The notes below the pieces were generated by a model. That model was not told where the DNA came from. It searched no databases and saw only the letters and a list, made by a program, of their open reading frames with translations. Position numbers and translations under genes: made by a program. A DNA stretch of 64,000 nucleotides, from NCBI RefSeq assembly GCF_058153355.1, contig NZ_CM177019.1; one strand, 5' to 3'. Numbering within the stretch: position 1 is the stretch's first letter; the number at the start of each line of letters is the position of its first letter. Positions 1 to 11,781 of the stretch are shown here, piece by piece.

Positions 1-311
1 AAGCGTAGCTCCGCCATTCCACTACTGCCGAGAAGGACGGCGTGGCGCGAATAATCGACCATCTCGCCCTGATACTCTGTTGTTGCCGTCACATCGCTGC
101 CATCATCATGGTAGCGATAATAGAAGTTGCTTTTGAGAACATGCAGTTCAATAAGTTGTACCGGGCTGAACGGCGGCGGCAGCGGGATGAAGGCGCGTAA
201 TAAAGACGCCTTGCCGTGTTTCTGCGCTAACCGCTCCGCGAGCATTCCGTTTACCGCTTCAATTGTTATTCCTTGTGGCGGGGCAAACATCGCCTCGTCT
301 GACATAGCCAT
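1..311 (-). CDS. hyfR: Hydrogenase-4 transcriptional activator HyfR, N-terminal part (gene continues beyond window start)
   Basis: Reverse-strand translation from ATG at 309-311 gives MAMSDEAMFAPPQGITIEAVNGMLAERLAQ..., recalled HyfR N-terminus; lies immediately downstream of hyfJ as in the hyf operon. Confidence 0.8.
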   Translation of the reverse strand, partial: MAMSDEAMFAPPQGITIEAVNGMLAERLAQKHGKASLLRAFIPLPPPFSPVQLIELHVLKSNFYYRYHDDGSDVTATTEYQGEMVDYSRHAVLLGSSGMAELR

Positions 312-340
312 CAACAGTCCTTATTAATGAGAAATCCTTC

Positions 341-754
341 TCACGCAATTTTTCTGGCCATCAGATAGATGGCCGGTTCCTGCATAATTTCATCCAACAG
401 ATGAATGAATTGAATGCTACGCGCCTGCCACACAGACGTCGCGTCATCTGCCAGTGGCGCGAATGCCCGGATCAACAGGGCGGTGTGGCTGGCGTCAATA
501 ACAATCTCACCAAAGGTCATCACCCCCAGCATCTTACGTCGGGCTTGCTCCTCTTCGACCTGTGCAAGCCAATCTTCGTATTCCGTCTGTGGGCAGCGGA
601 AGGCGACATTCAGACAATCAATCACGCCAACGTGATGACCGATAGCCAACGAGTAATACATTACCTGGGAGCTGTGTTCCGGCATCTCGTCGCTACTGGC
701 GATAAATTTTTTTCGCAGCGTCCAGAAAACAATTTCCCCGCACTCCTCAGCCAT
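341..754 (-). CDS. hyfJ: Hydrogenase-4 component J (HycH-like maturation factor)
   Basis: 137-aa ORF; sequence and operon position match HyfJ. Confidence 0.9.
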   Translation of the reverse strand: MAEECGEIVFWTLRKKFIASSDEMPEHSSQVMYYSLAIGHHVGVIDCLNVAFRCPQTEYEDWLAQVEEEQARRKMLGVMTFGEIVIDASHTALLIRAFAPLADDATSVWQARSIQFIHLLDEIMQEPAIYLMARKIA

Positions 755-1505
755 GTAACCCCCGGAGAACGCGAAAGAGTTGCTGAACGATACTATTGAG
801 ACGCGGATCGTCGGCTTCGCGCAACCAGGTGTTAACCCGATTTCCTGTAGGATCGTCGCTTAAATGGCGCAGGAGCCGATCGCAAATTTCTCGCCCCTGA
901 CGATAGCCCGCCAGCCGCCTCGCTTCTCGCTCAATGGCGATACGCTGTGATGGCGGGATCTGCGGCCACAGCGGTTGCATGGTCACCCCGGTGGGATCGC
1001 GATAATCCACCGCGTGAATCTTCTGTTGTAGCAAACCGAGCGCCACGGCGAAACCGTGAATGGTGGCGGCCGGTGTTGGCGGACAGCCGGGGATCCAAAC
1101 ATCAATGGGGACAATGGTGTCGCTGCCGCCCCAGACGCTGTAGAGATCGTGGAAAATACCGCCGCCGACACCGCACGCGCCGTAGGAAACACAGATTTTA
1201 TGATCGGGGGCAGACTCATATGCCCGAAGTGCAGGCATACGCATCGCCCGGGTGACTGCGCCAGTAAATAACAAAATATCGGCGTGACGAGGTGATGAAA
1301 CAACCTTAATGCCAAAGCGTTCTGCGTCGAACACTGGCGTGATGGCGGCAAAAATTTCGATTTCACAGGCGTTGCAGCCGCCACAATCCACGCGATAAAC
1401 GTAGGCCGAACGACGGATATCCTGTAGCAAATGCTGCTTCATCTTTTGCGTTTGTTCGTCCAGCGTGATGGGCTGGCTGACATGTTGCGTAAGCACTGGA
1501 CTCAT
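747..1505 (-). CDS. hyfI: Hydrogenase-4 small subunit (NuoB-like, Fe-S)
   Basis: 252-aa ORF with NuoB/HycG-like cysteine motifs (CGGCN...GCPP). Confidence 0.9.
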   Translation of the reverse strand: MSPVLTQHVSQPITLDEQTQKMKQHLLQDIRRSAYVYRVDCGGCNACEIEIFAAITPVFDAERFGIKVVSSPRHADILLFTGAVTRAMRMPALRAYESAPDHKICVSYGACGVGGGIFHDLYSVWGGSDTIVPIDVWIPGCPPTPAATIHGFAVALGLLQQKIHAVDYRDPTGVTMQPLWPQIPPSQRIAIEREARRLAGYRQGREICDRLLRHLSDDPTGNRVNTWLREADDPRLNSIVQQLFRVLRGLHG

Positions 1506-2047
1506 AGCTGCTCCTTAGCCACCAGCGGTTCATCTGTGTCGTCGTTGATCAGCGTCGCGCGTTGTTTGCATTCCGGGCAGACGCTCGCTTGCGCCCACAA
1601 CATTTCGCGGTTTTGTGGTGCATTTTGTTGCTGTGCCAACAGTTCTGCAGCCAGTGCGACGGTTTTTTGCGGGGCAAACGGGCGTTCGCAACGGCTGCAA
1701 CGTTGTAGATGGAACGTCGCGCGGGTATAGAGATCGGCTTTATTGGTGACGGTCAGTTCAAAGTTATTGGTAAGCTGAATGGCTCTGGTCGGGCACACTT
1801 CTTCACAACGTCCGCAGTAAATACAACGCCCCAGATAGAGCTGCCAGGTGCGCGTATTTTGCTGGTCGTCGGTCTGGATAGTCAGCGCATTTGCCGGACA
1901 AGCACAGGCGCAGGCACCGCAGGCAATACATTGGCTGGGCATCAGGTCCGGTTTCCCGCGAAAGCCTGGGCTGACCTCCAGTGGCGCGAAGGGATATTTC
2001 ACCGTCGCGGTTTCGGCGCGCATAATAGTTTTCAGTAACTTCAGCAT
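1502..2047 (-). CDS. hyfH: Hydrogenase-4 ferredoxin-type 4Fe-4S subunit
   Basis: 181-aa ORF with two CxxCxxCxxxCP ferredoxin motifs; operon position. Confidence 0.9.
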   Translation of the reverse strand: MLKLLKTIMRAETATVKYPFAPLEVSPGFRGKPDLMPSQCIACGACACACPANALTIQTDDQQNTRTWQLYLGRCIYCGRCEEVCPTRAIQLTNNFELTVTNKADLYTRATFHLQRCSRCERPFAPQKTVALAAELLAQQQNAPQNREMLWAQASVCPECKQRATLINDDTDEPLVAKEQL

Positions 2048-2056
2048 TTTCTGTCC

Positions 2057-3772
2057 TTACTTCAGCGGCGAACGGTTACGATCAATGCCGTAGCGTTCGA
2101 TCTCTTTATACGGCACGGTTTTTGACTGGCGCTTGCGCACATCAACCAGCGTCACACGGTCGGTACAGGTGTAGCAGGGATCAAGGCTACCGATAATCAG
2201 CGGTGCGTCAGAAACGGTATTGCCGCGCAGCATGTAACGCAGCACTGGCCAGTTGGCGTAGGTGGCGGCACGACAGCGCCAGCGGAACAATTTTTGGTTA
2301 TCACCGAGCATGCTCCAGTGCACGTCTTCACCGCGTGGCGCTTCAACAAAGCCCAGCGCGAATGCGTGAGGTTTATAGCTAAAGCCTTCGGTCAGCAGTG
2401 GGGTATCCGGCATGTTGTCGAGGGCAAATTCCAGCATTGTCAGCGAATCAAACGTCTCTTTGACACGGACCATCACGCGGGAGAAGACATCGCCGCCGGT
2501 AAAGGTAAACAGCGTTTTTGGAATATTGCCGTAGTCGGCGTAGGGGTGATCAAAGCGCAAATCACGGGCAAAACCACTGCCACGGATCAGCGGCCCTACG
2601 GGGCTATAATCACGGGCGATTTGTCGGTCGAGAATGCCAATGCCCTGAGTGCGTTGTTCCATATTCGGCGTGGCAAGCAGCATCTCTACCAGCTCCGACA
2701 CGTCGGCGCGCATCTCGCGCACCAGTTTCATCGTTTGCAGACGTTGCTCTTTGAGAATATCGCGGCGAACACCACCAATCAGATTCAGACCGTAGGTTTT
2801 ACGCGACCCGGTCAGCAATTCCGCCATCGTCATCGACTTTTCCCGCACGCGGAAAAATTGCATAAAACCGGTATCAAAACCAACAAAATGGCAGGAGAGA
2901 CCAAGGTTGAGCAAATGACTATGCAGCCGTTCGACTTCCAGCAGAATCGAGCGAATAGTATGCGCTCGTTGCGGCACCTCAATCCCCAGTGCATTTTCAA
3001 CCGAGTTGGTATAGGCCACACTGTGGGCAAAACCGCAAATCCCACACACGCGGTCCGACAAGAAGGTCACTTCGTTGTAGCCCATCCGCGTTTCTGCCAG
3101 TTTCTCCATGCCGCGATGGACATAAAACAGGCGGTAATCAGCATCGACAATTTGCTCGCCATCCACAAACAAGCGGAAGTGACCTGGTTCATCGGAGGTG
3201 ATATGCAGCGGGCCAACAGGGATCACCCGCGCATCGCTGTTGCCCTCGTTGATAAACGGATACGTTTCGGTATCAGTCGTCGGTTCAGGGCGCAGTCGAT
3301 AATCCATCGCGTCTTTGCGCAGCGGATGCATATCTTCCGGCCAGTCATCGGGCAACACCAGGCGACGCTGATCCGGCAGGCCAACCGGAATCAGCCCGTA
3401 CATATCGCGAATTTCTCGCTCGCCCCAGACCGCGGCAGGGACGCGCGGTGTGACTGACGGAAACTCCCGACTGTCGGCATCGACCAGTGCCTTCACCACG
3501 ATCCAGCATTTTTCGGCCCCTTCCATTGAAAGGGCATAATAAACCGCGTAATGACCGTTAAGTGTCCGCTCGTCGTTGCCAAACAGGACCGGAAGCCAGC
3601 CATCATGTTGATAATAAAGATAATGTACAACGTCAGGCAGCAGATTTATTTTCACCGTAATGGTGACCTGTTCAGGCGTTTGTCGCTCTTCATCCAGCAC
3701 CGCGCCGGGGAACTGCGTTTTCAGGGCGGCGAGAATCGCTTCGCCACGATTTGACGATGAATTAACGTTCAC
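2057..3772 (-). CDS. hyfG: Hydrogenase-4 large catalytic subunit (NuoCD/HycE-like)
   Basis: Long ORF; start placed at a GTG ([14 protein letters not shown]...) preceded by GGAGA; C-terminal DPCYTCTDR Ni-Fe ligand motif. Confidence 0.85.
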   Translation of the reverse strand: MNVNSSSNRGEAILAALKTQFPGAVLDEERQTPEQVTITVKINLLPDVVHYLYYQHDGWLPVLFGNDERTLNGHYAVYYALSMEGAEKCWIVVKALVDADSREFPSVTPRVPAAVWGEREIRDMYGLIPVGLPDQRRLVLPDDWPEDMHPLRKDAMDYRLRPEPTTDTETYPFINEGNSDARVIPVGPLHITSDEPGHFRLFVDGEQIVDADYRLFYVHRGMEKLAETRMGYNEVTFLSDRVCGICGFAHSVAYTNSVENALGIEVPQRAHTIRSILLEVERLHSHLLNLGLSCHFVGFDTGFMQFFRVREKSMTMAELLTGSRKTYGLNLIGGVRRDILKEQRLQTMKLVREMRADVSELVEMLLATPNMEQRTQGIGILDRQIARDYSPVGPLIRGSGFARDLRFDHPYADYGNIPKTLFTFTGGDVFSRVMVRVKETFDSLTMLEFALDNMPDTPLLTEGFSYKPHAFALGFVEAPRGEDVHWSMLGDNQKLFRWRCRAATYANWPVLRYMLRGNTVSDAPLIIGSLDPCYTCTDRVTLVDVRKRQSKTVPYKEIERYGIDRNRSPLK

Positions 3773-5342
3773 TGTGTTTCTCCGAAACAGATGCGGTGCC
3801 TGAAGGCAAAAAATCATGCCAGGTGCTACGTTGTGCAGGCAGGTCGTGCGTCCCTGAGAGGACTATAGTGGAAGCGCCCGCCAGGATCCTGATGACAGGT
3901 TGTGGAATATGCGTTCCCATCGCCAGCATCATGACCAGCAGAATCACCATTGGCGAGGTGGTCAACCAGCCAAGTTCACCCCGGTTAACGGCCTGCGGCG
4001 GTTTCGCCATTAACACCCGCGCAGCCATCCGTACCAGGCCCGCCAGCACCAGCGTTAACAGCAATAACAGCAGGACGATAATCAACAGGTGATTACGAGC
4101 CAGTCCGGCGGTAACGGTCATAAATTCGCTAAGAAAAATGTTGAAGGGCGGCATCCCGGCCAGCGCCAGCGCACCGCCGCCAAACAGCACGGCGGTAAAT
4201 GGCATGATTTTGAGCATTCCGCAGACGACGTTGAGATCGCGCGTGCCGTACTTGAGCAGTACATTGCCGGAACCGCAGAACAGCAGCGTTTTTGCCAGAC
4301 TGTGGTTTAAGGTGTGCAGCAGCGCAGCAAAAATTCCCAGCGGCCCGCCAATGCCTAGCGCCACCGCGACCAGTCCCATGTTCTCCACGCTGGAGTACGC
4401 CAGCAGACGCTTAATGTCCCGCTGTACCAGAATGAAAAATGCCGCCACGGCAACCGACAACATGCCGAAGATGAGCAACAACCGGTTGGGGAAATCGCTG
4501 CCGATGGCCTGGCAAATAATGATGTAATAGCGAATCAGCACCAACAACGCGCAGTTCAGCAATACGGCGGAGAGCAGGGCGCTGACCGGACTCGGCGCTT
4601 CACTGTGAGCATCCGGCAGCCAGGCGTGCATGGGAAATAGCCCGGTTTTGGTGCCAAAGCCAATTAGCACAAACACAAAGGCCAACAGCATTAATGTTGG
4701 GTCAAGCAAGGACGATTGCTTAAGAACCTCGCTCCAGAATATCGCCATTTCTGCCTGCGGCATAACGCTGGCGGCGTTGGCGTATACCAGCACGGTACCG
4801 AACAGACCAAAAGCGACACCAACAGTACAAATAATGATGTACTTCCATGCAGCTTCCAGAGATGAACGCTGACCGTAAATGCCTACCAGAAACGCCGAGC
4901 TTAAGGTGGTGGCTTCGATTGCCGCCCACATCACAATCAGGTTATTGCTGGTAACAACCAGCAGCATGGTGAACAAAAACAGATGGAAGAAACCGTAGTA
5001 ATCGCACAGCGTAACGGGTGAAAGCTCGCCGTGAGCCACTTCATGACGCATGTAGCCAATCGAGTAAACACCGGTGAGAAAGCCAATCACACCAAGAATG
5101 GCGAGGAACAAACCGCCCAGACCATCAATATGAAGCCACAGTCCCGCAGCGAATATTTCTCCCGCATCAGCGGCAGTTTGGACCACCCACAGTGCCAGAA
5201 TCAGCAGCAGTGTGATCCCTAAGCTATGTAGTACTGTCACCGTGCGAGTCGCAGAGTGTTCCCGTTTCCGGCAGGCAAAACAGAGCAGCGAAAAAAGTAG
5301 CGGCGTGAGCAGGAGTAAAGCGAACATCACAGAATAACTCAT
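3762..5342 (-). CDS. hyfF: Hydrogenase-4 membrane subunit F (NuoL/M/N antiporter-like)
   Basis: 526-aa polytopic membrane ORF; operon position. Confidence 0.9.
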   Translation of the reverse strand: MSYSVMFALLLLTPLLFSLLCFACRKREHSATRTVTVLHSLGITLLLILALWVVQTAADAGEIFAAGLWLHIDGLGGLFLAILGVIGFLTGVYSIGYMRHEVAHGELSPVTLCDYYGFFHLFLFTMLLVVTSNNLIVMWAAIEATTLSSAFLVGIYGQRSSLEAAWKYIIICTVGVAFGLFGTVLVYANAASVMPQAEMAIFWSEVLKQSSLLDPTLMLLAFVFVLIGFGTKTGLFPMHAWLPDAHSEAPSPVSALLSAVLLNCALLVLIRYYIIICQAIGSDFPNRLLLIFGMLSVAVAAFFILVQRDIKRLLAYSSVENMGLVAVALGIGGPLGIFAALLHTLNHSLAKTLLFCGSGNVLLKYGTRDLNVVCGMLKIMPFTAVLFGGGALALAGMPPFNIFLSEFMTVTAGLARNHLLIIVLLLLLLTLVLAGLVRMAARVLMAKPPQAVNRGELGWLTTSPMVILLVMMLAMGTHIPQPVIRILAGASTIVLSGTHDLPAQRSTWHDFLPSGTASVSEKHSER

Positions 5343-5346
5343 CTCA

Positions 5347-5997
5347 TTATCCCTTCAGCGCGGTCAAGTTGTTCACGTCCAGCGTGCCGTGGGTACGCCA
5401 TATTTTTCTTGCCAGTAACACCATCACAATGACGGCGAAGATGGCGTCGGTAGCGATACCAATTTCCACCAGTTCCGGTGCACGCCAGGCAAGAAGCGCC
5501 AGCACCAGATGGGAGCCGTTTTCCATCAGGCAGTAACCAAAAATTTGCCGCAGGATATTGCGCTGGCTGACAATGCACAGCAGGCCAAGTAGAAAATGAC
5601 CTAACGCCACCGCCAGCGCCGGTTTCAGCCCGGTAGCCATCGGTAGCTTCACGGGCTGAACGACAAATGCGCAAAGCAGGACAATTAATGCCGCGAGCAA
5701 TGCCATCATTGCCGGACCGAATAACGCTTTTTCCGGGAGGTTCTGGGGAATATTTCGTGCAGCGTAAATCATGATTAACGGTACCATCAGTACTTTGGTG
5801 ATAAAGGCGCTGGCGGACCAGATCAGCAGTTGCTCTGCGGCGAACAGGCACGAGAGGGTGGCGAAAATAGACACCAGCACCAGCGACTGGCAGGCGTAAA
5901 ATCCGCATGACAGGCGATAGCTTTTGACACTAATCACAAACAGCGATGTCAGCATCATCAGTCCCGCCAGATTATTTACGATCATAGAACCGGTCAT
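5347..5997 (-). CDS. hyfE: Hydrogenase-4 membrane subunit E
   Basis: 216-aa hydrophobic ORF; operon position. Confidence 0.85.
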   Translation of the reverse strand: MTGSMIVNNLAGLMMLTSLFVISVKSYRLSCGFYACQSLVLVSIFATLSCLFAAEQLLIWSASAFITKVLMVPLIMIYAARNIPQNLPEKALFGPAMMALLAALIVLLCAFVVQPVKLPMATGLKPALAVALGHFLLGLLCIVSQRNILRQIFGYCLMENGSHLVLALLAWRAPELVEIGIATDAIFAVIVMVLLARKIWRTHGTLDVNNLTALKG

Positions 5998-6008
5998 TCA
6001 TCATCTCC

Positions 6009-7448
6009 TTACTGCAACCAGGTCGCGGCGAATACGCTGGAAATCAGCGACATCACAATCAGTACAATCAACACCAGGCGCATTGATCCTGGCAGCGGTG
6101 CGGCATCGGCGACGGCTTCGCTCGGTTTGCCAGGCACGATGCGACCAAACCAGCGAATAAACCAGGCGAAACTGGCGACCGATTCAATCATCAGCAGAAT
6201 CATGGCGGGCAGCAGGATCCAGTACTCCTCTGACAACGAAAAACCGGCAGCAAACAGTGGGAATTTACTGAAGAAGCCGTTGAACGGCGGCACGCCAGTA
6301 ATCGCCAGCGCGGCCACGCAGAAACCCACGCCAGGCAACGGCAGGGTGTGCAATACGCCACGCAGACGCGGCAACAAGCGCGTGCCGCAGCTGTAACTCA
6401 GCGCACCTGCTACAAGGAAAAACAGGCTTTTAGCGAACGCGTGGTTGACGATGTAGGCGATGCTGCCCTCCAGTGCCAGCCGCGAGCCGAAGATGGAGAG
6501 CGACAAGCCGAAGAACATCCAGCCAAGTTGAGTGATGGTCGACCAGGCCAGCAACCGCTTCATATCCTGCTGCGGCAAATACATCAGGAGGCCGTAAAGA
6601 ATGGTGACCAGTGCCATGACCATGCCAATGCCGCCAATCACATGCGGGATATTGCCGCCGTCGATAATGGCGCGGGCAAAAATGTAAACGCCCACTTTCA
6701 CCATCGATGCGGCGTGGAGATAGGCGCTGATCGGTGTTGGCGCTTCCATTGCATCCGGTAGCCACGCTTGCATCGGTAGCTGGGCCGATTTTCCCCACGC
6801 GGCAAACAGGATGCCGCCATAAACCAGATAACGTGCGTCGCCGTGTAACTCGCTCATCGCGCTAAGCGCAAACGTTCCGGTCTGCAAAAACAGCGTGGCG
6901 GCGGCAAGATACAACCCCAGCGAACCGATATGAGTGATAAGTAACGCTTTTAGTGCTGAACGTTGCGCTTTATCGCTCTGGTAATAACTGATCAACGCCC
7001 AGGAGCAGCCGCCCGTAATTTCAAAAAACAACAACTGACCGAGCAGCGTCGAGGAGAGTACCAGTCCCGCCATCGCGCCGATAAAAACCAGCAAAAATGC
7101 GTAATAACGATTCGTGCCGTTATGCGGGTGTTCGCGATTTTTATCCGTCAGATAACCCGTGGAGTAGATCGTGACCAGCAAACCGAGGAACACCACCACA
7201 AACAGAATCAGCGTACTCACGCGATCAATGACCAGGCCAAACAACGCCACATCCCCCACGTTGACCAACGTCAACGTGACGGCAACTTTATCGGCCTGAT
7301 AAAACGCGGAGATCAGCGACAACATGCACAGCGTGGTCAGCGCGGCGAACAAAATCCCCCATTCGGCGGCCCGACGTTGTGGCGAAAACGAAACGACCAG
7401 TGCGCCGATAAAAGGCAGCAATAACGTCGTCAGAGCAAGATTTTCCAT
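6009..7448 (-). CDS. hyfD: Hydrogenase-4 membrane subunit D (NuoL/M/N-like)
   Basis: 479-aa polytopic ORF; operon position. Confidence 0.9.
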   Translation of the reverse strand: MENLALTTLLLPFIGALVVSFSPQRRAAEWGILFAALTTLCMLSLISAFYQADKVAVTLTLVNVGDVALFGLVIDRVSTLILFVVVFLGLLVTIYSTGYLTDKNREHPHNGTNRYYAFLLVFIGAMAGLVLSSTLLGQLLFFEITGGCSWALISYYQSDKAQRSALKALLITHIGSLGLYLAAATLFLQTGTFALSAMSELHGDARYLVYGGILFAAWGKSAQLPMQAWLPDAMEAPTPISAYLHAASMVKVGVYIFARAIIDGGNIPHVIGGIGMVMALVTILYGLLMYLPQQDMKRLLAWSTITQLGWMFFGLSLSIFGSRLALEGSIAYIVNHAFAKSLFFLVAGALSYSCGTRLLPRLRGVLHTLPLPGVGFCVAALAITGVPPFNGFFSKFPLFAAGFSLSEEYWILLPAMILLMIESVASFAWFIRWFGRIVPGKPSEAVADAAPLPGSMRLVLIVLIVMSLISSVFAATWLQ

Positions 7449-7464
7449 ATTCCGTCAGTGCTCC

Positions 7465-8412
7465 TTACAGACCGGTTAACCAGAAGACCCAGGCAAGCGC
7501 AGCAAGGCTGAAGCCAAGCCAGGTCACATGGTGAATGAGTAAAAAACGCCCGCGTGCCAGCGTGTTTTCTGCGATAGAGGCCAGAACAAAAATCAGCAAA
7601 ACCTTGAGCAGCGTAACGACAAGTGAAGTCAGCAGGCAGGTGAGAGAAAGCTCTTGCGCGCGCCCAAAGGGCAGAAACAGGGCCACAAACAGTGCTGCCA
7701 TCACGACCTGTTTCAGCCCCAGCCCCAACTTCGCCAGCGCCAGCCCGGCACCGGAATATTCGGTCAGCGGGCCTTCCTGTAATTCCTGTTCTGCTTCAGC
7801 AACATCAAAGGGAATTTTTCCCATCTCAATGAAGCAGGCAAAACCACAGGCCAGTAACGCCAGTACGGTGGTTAGCGGCGAGTTCCAGCCCGTCGCCAGC
7901 GTCTTGCTGATCATCTCGATATGCGTGGAATCCGCTATCAGCGCCAATACCAGCAGTGAGAGAATGAGCATTGGTTCGACCAGAATGCCGAGCGTCAACT
8001 CGCGACTGGCACCGACTCCCGCAAACGGGCTTCCGGTATCCAGCCCGGAAAGAGCAAAGAAAAAACGAAACAGGGCAAGAAGATAGATAAGGGTGATCAG
8101 ATCGCCGCCGCCCGCAAAAGGGGAAACAGTAATAAATAGTGGTAGGGCCATCGCCAGCACCAGCATGCTGCTGATTAATACCCACGGCATCAGGCGGAAC
8201 ATCAGACCTGAAGATGTCGGCGCAACTTCCTGGCGTTTAAACAGTTTGTGGATATCGCGATAATCCTGCCAGATCCCCGGTCCGCGACGGGAGTGCATAC
8301 GCGCGCGTATCTGCCGGGAAATCCCTGTAAACAGTGGGGTTAGCGCCAGCAGAATCACGGCCTGTGCTAACGCAAAAATGATCAGATATCCGTCGCAAAG
8401 AGTTTGTCTCAT
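7465..8412 (-). CDS. hyfC: Hydrogenase-4 membrane subunit C (NuoH-like)
   Basis: ORF 7465-8433; start trimmed to MRQTLCDGYL (315 aa) by recall; start uncertain by a few codons. Confidence 0.8.
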   Translation of the reverse strand: MRQTLCDGYLIIFALAQAVILLALTPLFTGISRQIRARMHSRRGPGIWQDYRDIHKLFKRQEVAPTSSGLMFRLMPWVLISSMLVLAMALPLFITVSPFAGGGDLITLIYLLALFRFFFALSGLDTGSPFAGVGASRELTLGILVEPMLILSLLVLALIADSTHIEMISKTLATGWNSPLTTVLALLACGFACFIEMGKIPFDVAEAEQELQEGPLTEYSGAGLALAKLGLGLKQVVMAALFVALFLPFGRAQELSLTCLLTSLVVTLLKVLLIFVLASIAENTLARGRFLLIHHVTWLGFSLAALAWVFWLTGL

Positions 8413-8422
8413 GGTGATTTCC

Positions 8423-10441
8423 TTAGACGGCAATAGCGATTAGCAGCACAACCAGTGCGGCGACCACATACAGGCAATAGAGACGAAAGTCGCCGCTTTG
8501 CAGATGCTGTATTTCTTTGGCCAGCCGTTGGGTGGCGCTCACGATGGGGCGGAGCACCCGCTCATCCCAAAAGGGTTCTGTGCTCTGAGCCCTGGCGGTG
8601 ATGTGCGCGAGACCTTTGTTCAGCCTCAGCGTAGGGTCGAGCTGTTGTCGTAGACGAAATAGCGCAGAAAAGACCACACGCAGCGGCTGCATCACGCCAT
8701 TGCCTGACGGGGCCATCGCATTTTCCCAGCCGTAGCCGCATGCCCAGGCATCTCCTGTGCGACGAAACGCTGCGCGGCGCGAACGACACCACAGCCAGTA
8801 AAGGCCAGGCAGCAAAGGCATCGCCAGTAGTAACAGCAACAGTAATGAGGGAGTGACCTGTGTATGAAACGTGCCGGGGACAAGTGCCATTCCGCTGGCG
8901 ACAGTGACGGCAGGGGTATTGGTAAACGCATGGGCAATGTGCATTATTTTCGGTGCCAGCCAACTGGCACTAAGCGCAATTAATACGCAGAAAGCCGCGA
9001 GCAGTAACATGGCGACGATCATCGTATTTGGCACGTCCTGTGCCTCTTCAGCGTGTGTACTGCGCGGCGCACCACAGAAAGTAATGCCGTACATTTTGAC
9101 GAAGCACATTACTGCCAGCCCACCAGTGACTGCCAGCATCACCATAGCAATAGGACCCGCAAGTTGTAGCGCTACGGCTTCCACACGACTTAGTGAGAAC
9201 AGTGACTGCCAGGTGTACCATTCGCTGATAAAACCATTCAGCGGAGGAATGGCTGATATCGCGAGGCAACCAATCAGGCATGCTGCGGCTGTCCACGGCA
9301 TCCGTTTTGCCAGTGCCCCCATTTTTTCCATGTCGTGGGTATGCAAACGCGAAATAATCGCACCCGCGCCGAGAAATAGCAGCCCTTTGAACAGCGCATG
9401 GTTGAGCAGATGAAACAGTGCGCCGAGCAGTCCAACCACGGTGAGCAGCGGGTCGTGCAGTGACAGACCGACCATGGACACACCGACCGCCAGCAAAATA
9501 ATGCCGACGTTTTCGACGGTACTCCAGGCCAGCAGCCGTTTGATATCCTGTTCCGCCAGCGCATACAGCACGCCCAGGAGCGCGGAGATTGCGCCGATCG
9601 CCATCACCAGAATGCCCCACCACAGCGGCAAACCCGTTTGCGCCAGCAGATCCATCGCCACTTTCAGGATGCCGAAAATACCGATTTTGACCATTACGCC
9701 AGACATCAACGCCGAAGCGTGCGATGGTGCGGCAGGGTGAGCGCGCGGCAACCAGCTGTGCAACGGCATCATCCCGGCTTTCGCGCCAAAACCGAAGAAG
9801 GCCAGCAGGAACACCGCCGACGCCAGCCCCGGAGAAAGTGAAAGCGTGCGGAAACTGGCAAAATCGAGGTTGCCGCTTTCGCGCCACATCAGCAAGAAGG
9901 CAATCATAATCAGCACCGATCCGGCGTGGGCGATAAAAAAGTAGAGCATGCCAGCGTTGATTGACGTTTTATCCTGCCTGGCAATGACCAGAAACCAGGA
10001 AGACAGCGACATCATTTCAAACAGCACGATGAACCAAAAAGCGTTGTCCATCACCAGCAGGGCAACCATCGAGGCGATGAAAAGATTCATAAAGAAGCCC
10101 ATCGCCGCCGCGCCTTTGCCCTCGTATTCGCGCATATAAGTCAATGAATAGAGCGAACAAACCACCACCAGCAAGGAGATAACCAGCACCATAAATGCCG
10201 AGAGGCTATCCATTCGCAGGGTTAAATCGGCAAAGTCAAAAGGCGTGGCAAAACGGGCGACTAAAGTTACGCCTGCATGTAATTGCGTAATTCCGCTGAT
10301 GATGCCAATCGCGCCGCCCACCAGCGATGTGATGCCGGAAAGCTTAATAGCCAGTCTGTCCAGACCGAGTAAAAACAGCGAAGCCAGACTGGCAAACAGA
10401 TAGAGGATCAGCGACCAGGTTAATAATTGCAGGGCATCCAT
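8423..10441 (-). CDS. hyfB: Hydrogenase-4 membrane subunit B (NuoL-like)
   Basis: 672-aa polytopic ORF; operon position. Confidence 0.9.
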   Translation of the reverse strand: MDALQLLTWSLILYLFASLASLFLLGLDRLAIKLSGITSLVGGAIGIISGITQLHAGVTLVARFATPFDFADLTLRMDSLSAFMVLVISLLVVVCSLYSLTYMREYEGKGAAAMGFFMNLFIASMVALLVMDNAFWFIVLFEMMSLSSWFLVIARQDKTSINAGMLYFFIAHAGSVLIMIAFLLMWRESGNLDFASFRTLSLSPGLASAVFLLAFFGFGAKAGMMPLHSWLPRAHPAAPSHASALMSGVMVKIGIFGILKVAMDLLAQTGLPLWWGILVMAIGAISALLGVLYALAEQDIKRLLAWSTVENVGIILLAVGVSMVGLSLHDPLLTVVGLLGALFHLLNHALFKGLLFLGAGAIISRLHTHDMEKMGALAKRMPWTAAACLIGCLAISAIPPLNGFISEWYTWQSLFSLSRVEAVALQLAGPIAMVMLAVTGGLAVMCFVKMYGITFCGAPRSTHAEEAQDVPNTMIVAMLLLAAFCVLIALSASWLAPKIMHIAHAFTNTPAVTVASGMALVPGTFHTQVTPSLLLLLLLAMPLLPGLYWLWCRSRRAAFRRTGDAWACGYGWENAMAPSGNGVMQPLRVVFSALFRLRQQLDPTLRLNKGLAHITARAQSTEPFWDERVLRPIVSATQRLAKEIQHLQSGDFRLYCLYVVAALVVLLIAIAV

Positions 10442-11058
10442 TAGCGTTGCTCCTGAGTGAGGGAAAGGGGATCCTCCCCGCCATTGGCAAACCAGCTTGC
10501 GGCAAGGCGCTGTTTTTCTTTCATCTGACGTTGCAGGCTATCGTCGGTGATCAGCCGTAACGCATGATTCGGGCAAGCGCGAACGCAGGCCGGACCTTCT
10601 GGCAAGAAATCACACAGGTCGCATTTCACCGCGACGGTCTGGACACCCGGTTCCCAGCGCAGCAAAGCATGTTGGGTCGGCGCGTTTTCTTCGCCGTCTT
10701 TGAGTGAGCCGTCAGCCTGAAAAACATATTGCGCAGGGGCATTCACCGGACGGCTTCCTGAAGCGCTGATTGCGCCAAATGGGCAGACCACGGCGCAAAG
10801 CTTGCAGCCAATACAGAGGCTTTCGTTGAGTTGGATCGCATCATCTCTCTGGGAGATGGCATTGACCGGGCAGACCTGCAGGCAAGGGGCTTCCTCACAG
10901 TGATGACACACGACAGGGGCAGTGAGTGTTGACGTCTTCGCCAGGGCCAGGCGCGGGTGTTGCTGTAAACCTTGCGTTTTATGCACGTCCGAACAGGCAG
11001 CGAGACAGGTATTACATCCTGTACACCACAGTGGTTCGGCCACCACAAAGCGGTTCAT
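10441..11058 (-). CDS. hyfA: Hydrogenase-4 4Fe-4S ferredoxin subunit A
   Basis: ORF with multiple CxxCxxC clusters; start placed at MNRFVVAEPLWCTGCNTC (205 aa). Confidence 0.85.
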   Translation of the reverse strand: MNRFVVAEPLWCTGCNTCLAACSDVHKTQGLQQHPRLALAKTSTLTAPVVCHHCEEAPCLQVCPVNAISQRDDAIQLNESLCIGCKLCAVVCPFGAISASGSRPVNAPAQYVFQADGSLKDGEENAPTQHALLRWEPGVQTVAVKCDLCDFLPEGPACVRACPNHALRLITDDSLQRQMKEKQRLAASWFANGGEDPLSLTQEQR

Positions 11059-11099
11059 GTCGGCTCCTTGAAAATGATATGAAACATTGCATTTCATAT

Positions 11100-11117
11100 T
11101 GCATAAAGGATGCCAGT
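11100..11117 (-). promoter_or_regulatory. Candidate sigma54 (-24/-12) promoter of the hyf operon
   Basis: Minus strand reads ACTGGCATCCTTTATGCA: GG and GC elements 10 nt apart, about 40 bp upstream of hyfA start; hyf is known to be sigma54/HyfR dependent. Confidence 0.55.
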
Positions 11118-11310
11118 CTGATTAATTTAATATATTCAATAAGTTATGTGTTAACTGGATTCTGAGCGGTACAAAAATGATGGTCATTAACGTTCAGCAA
11201 TAAATGGATTCGACACCCGTGTCGCAGGGGAAAGCGAGAATGTGATCTTGATCACGAGAAGTGAGATGTGCTGACCGCAAGCGCAGCCAGCACGGAATGG
11301 AGTAAAGTAA

Positions 11311-11781
11311 TCAGGCGTGTTCTTTCAGCCAGTTCAGCACAACGTCGTGGTGATTGCTGGTTTTGAAATCGTCAAAGACATGTTCGATTTTGCCATCAGC
11401 GTCAATCAGGAAGCTGATGCGATGAATACCATCGTAGGTTTTGCCCATGAAGGACTTTTCACCCCAGACGCCGAATTGTTCGCACACCTGGTGGTCCTCA
11501 TCAGACAGGAGCGTAAAGTTAAGCAGCTCTTTTTCCGCAAAACGGGAGAGTTTTTCGGGTTTATCGGTGCTGATACCCAGCACATCAACGCCCGCTTTTT
11601 TCAATTCATCCATGTTATCGCGTAAGCTGCAGGCCTGTACGGTACAGCCGGGAGTCATGGCTTTTGGGTAAAAATAAACCAGAACACGCTGTCCCTGGAA
11701 GTCGGTCAAATTAACTTGTTCTCCGTCTTGATCCGGCAAGCTAAATTTCGGTGCGATATCACCGGCTTTCAGTGGATTCAT
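11311..11781 (-). CDS. bcp: Thiol peroxidase / peroxiredoxin Bcp
   Basis: 156-aa ORF MNPLKAGDIAPKFSLPDQDGE... with peroxiredoxin TPGCT active-site motif. Confidence 0.92.
   Translation of the reverse strand: MNPLKAGDIAPKFSLPDQDGEQVNLTDFQGQRVLVYFYPKAMTPGCTVQACSLRDNMDELKKAGVDVLGISTDKPEKLSRFAEKELLNFTLLSDEDHQVCEQFGVWGEKSFMGKTYDGIHRISFLIDADGKIEHVFDDFKTSNHHDVVLNWLKEHA

Noticed and set aside
2294-3457. 387-aa plus-strand ORF inside hyfG
   Set aside because: Antisense shadow ORF of a GC-rich, well-supported gene; low-complexity Arg/His-rich translation, no start context.
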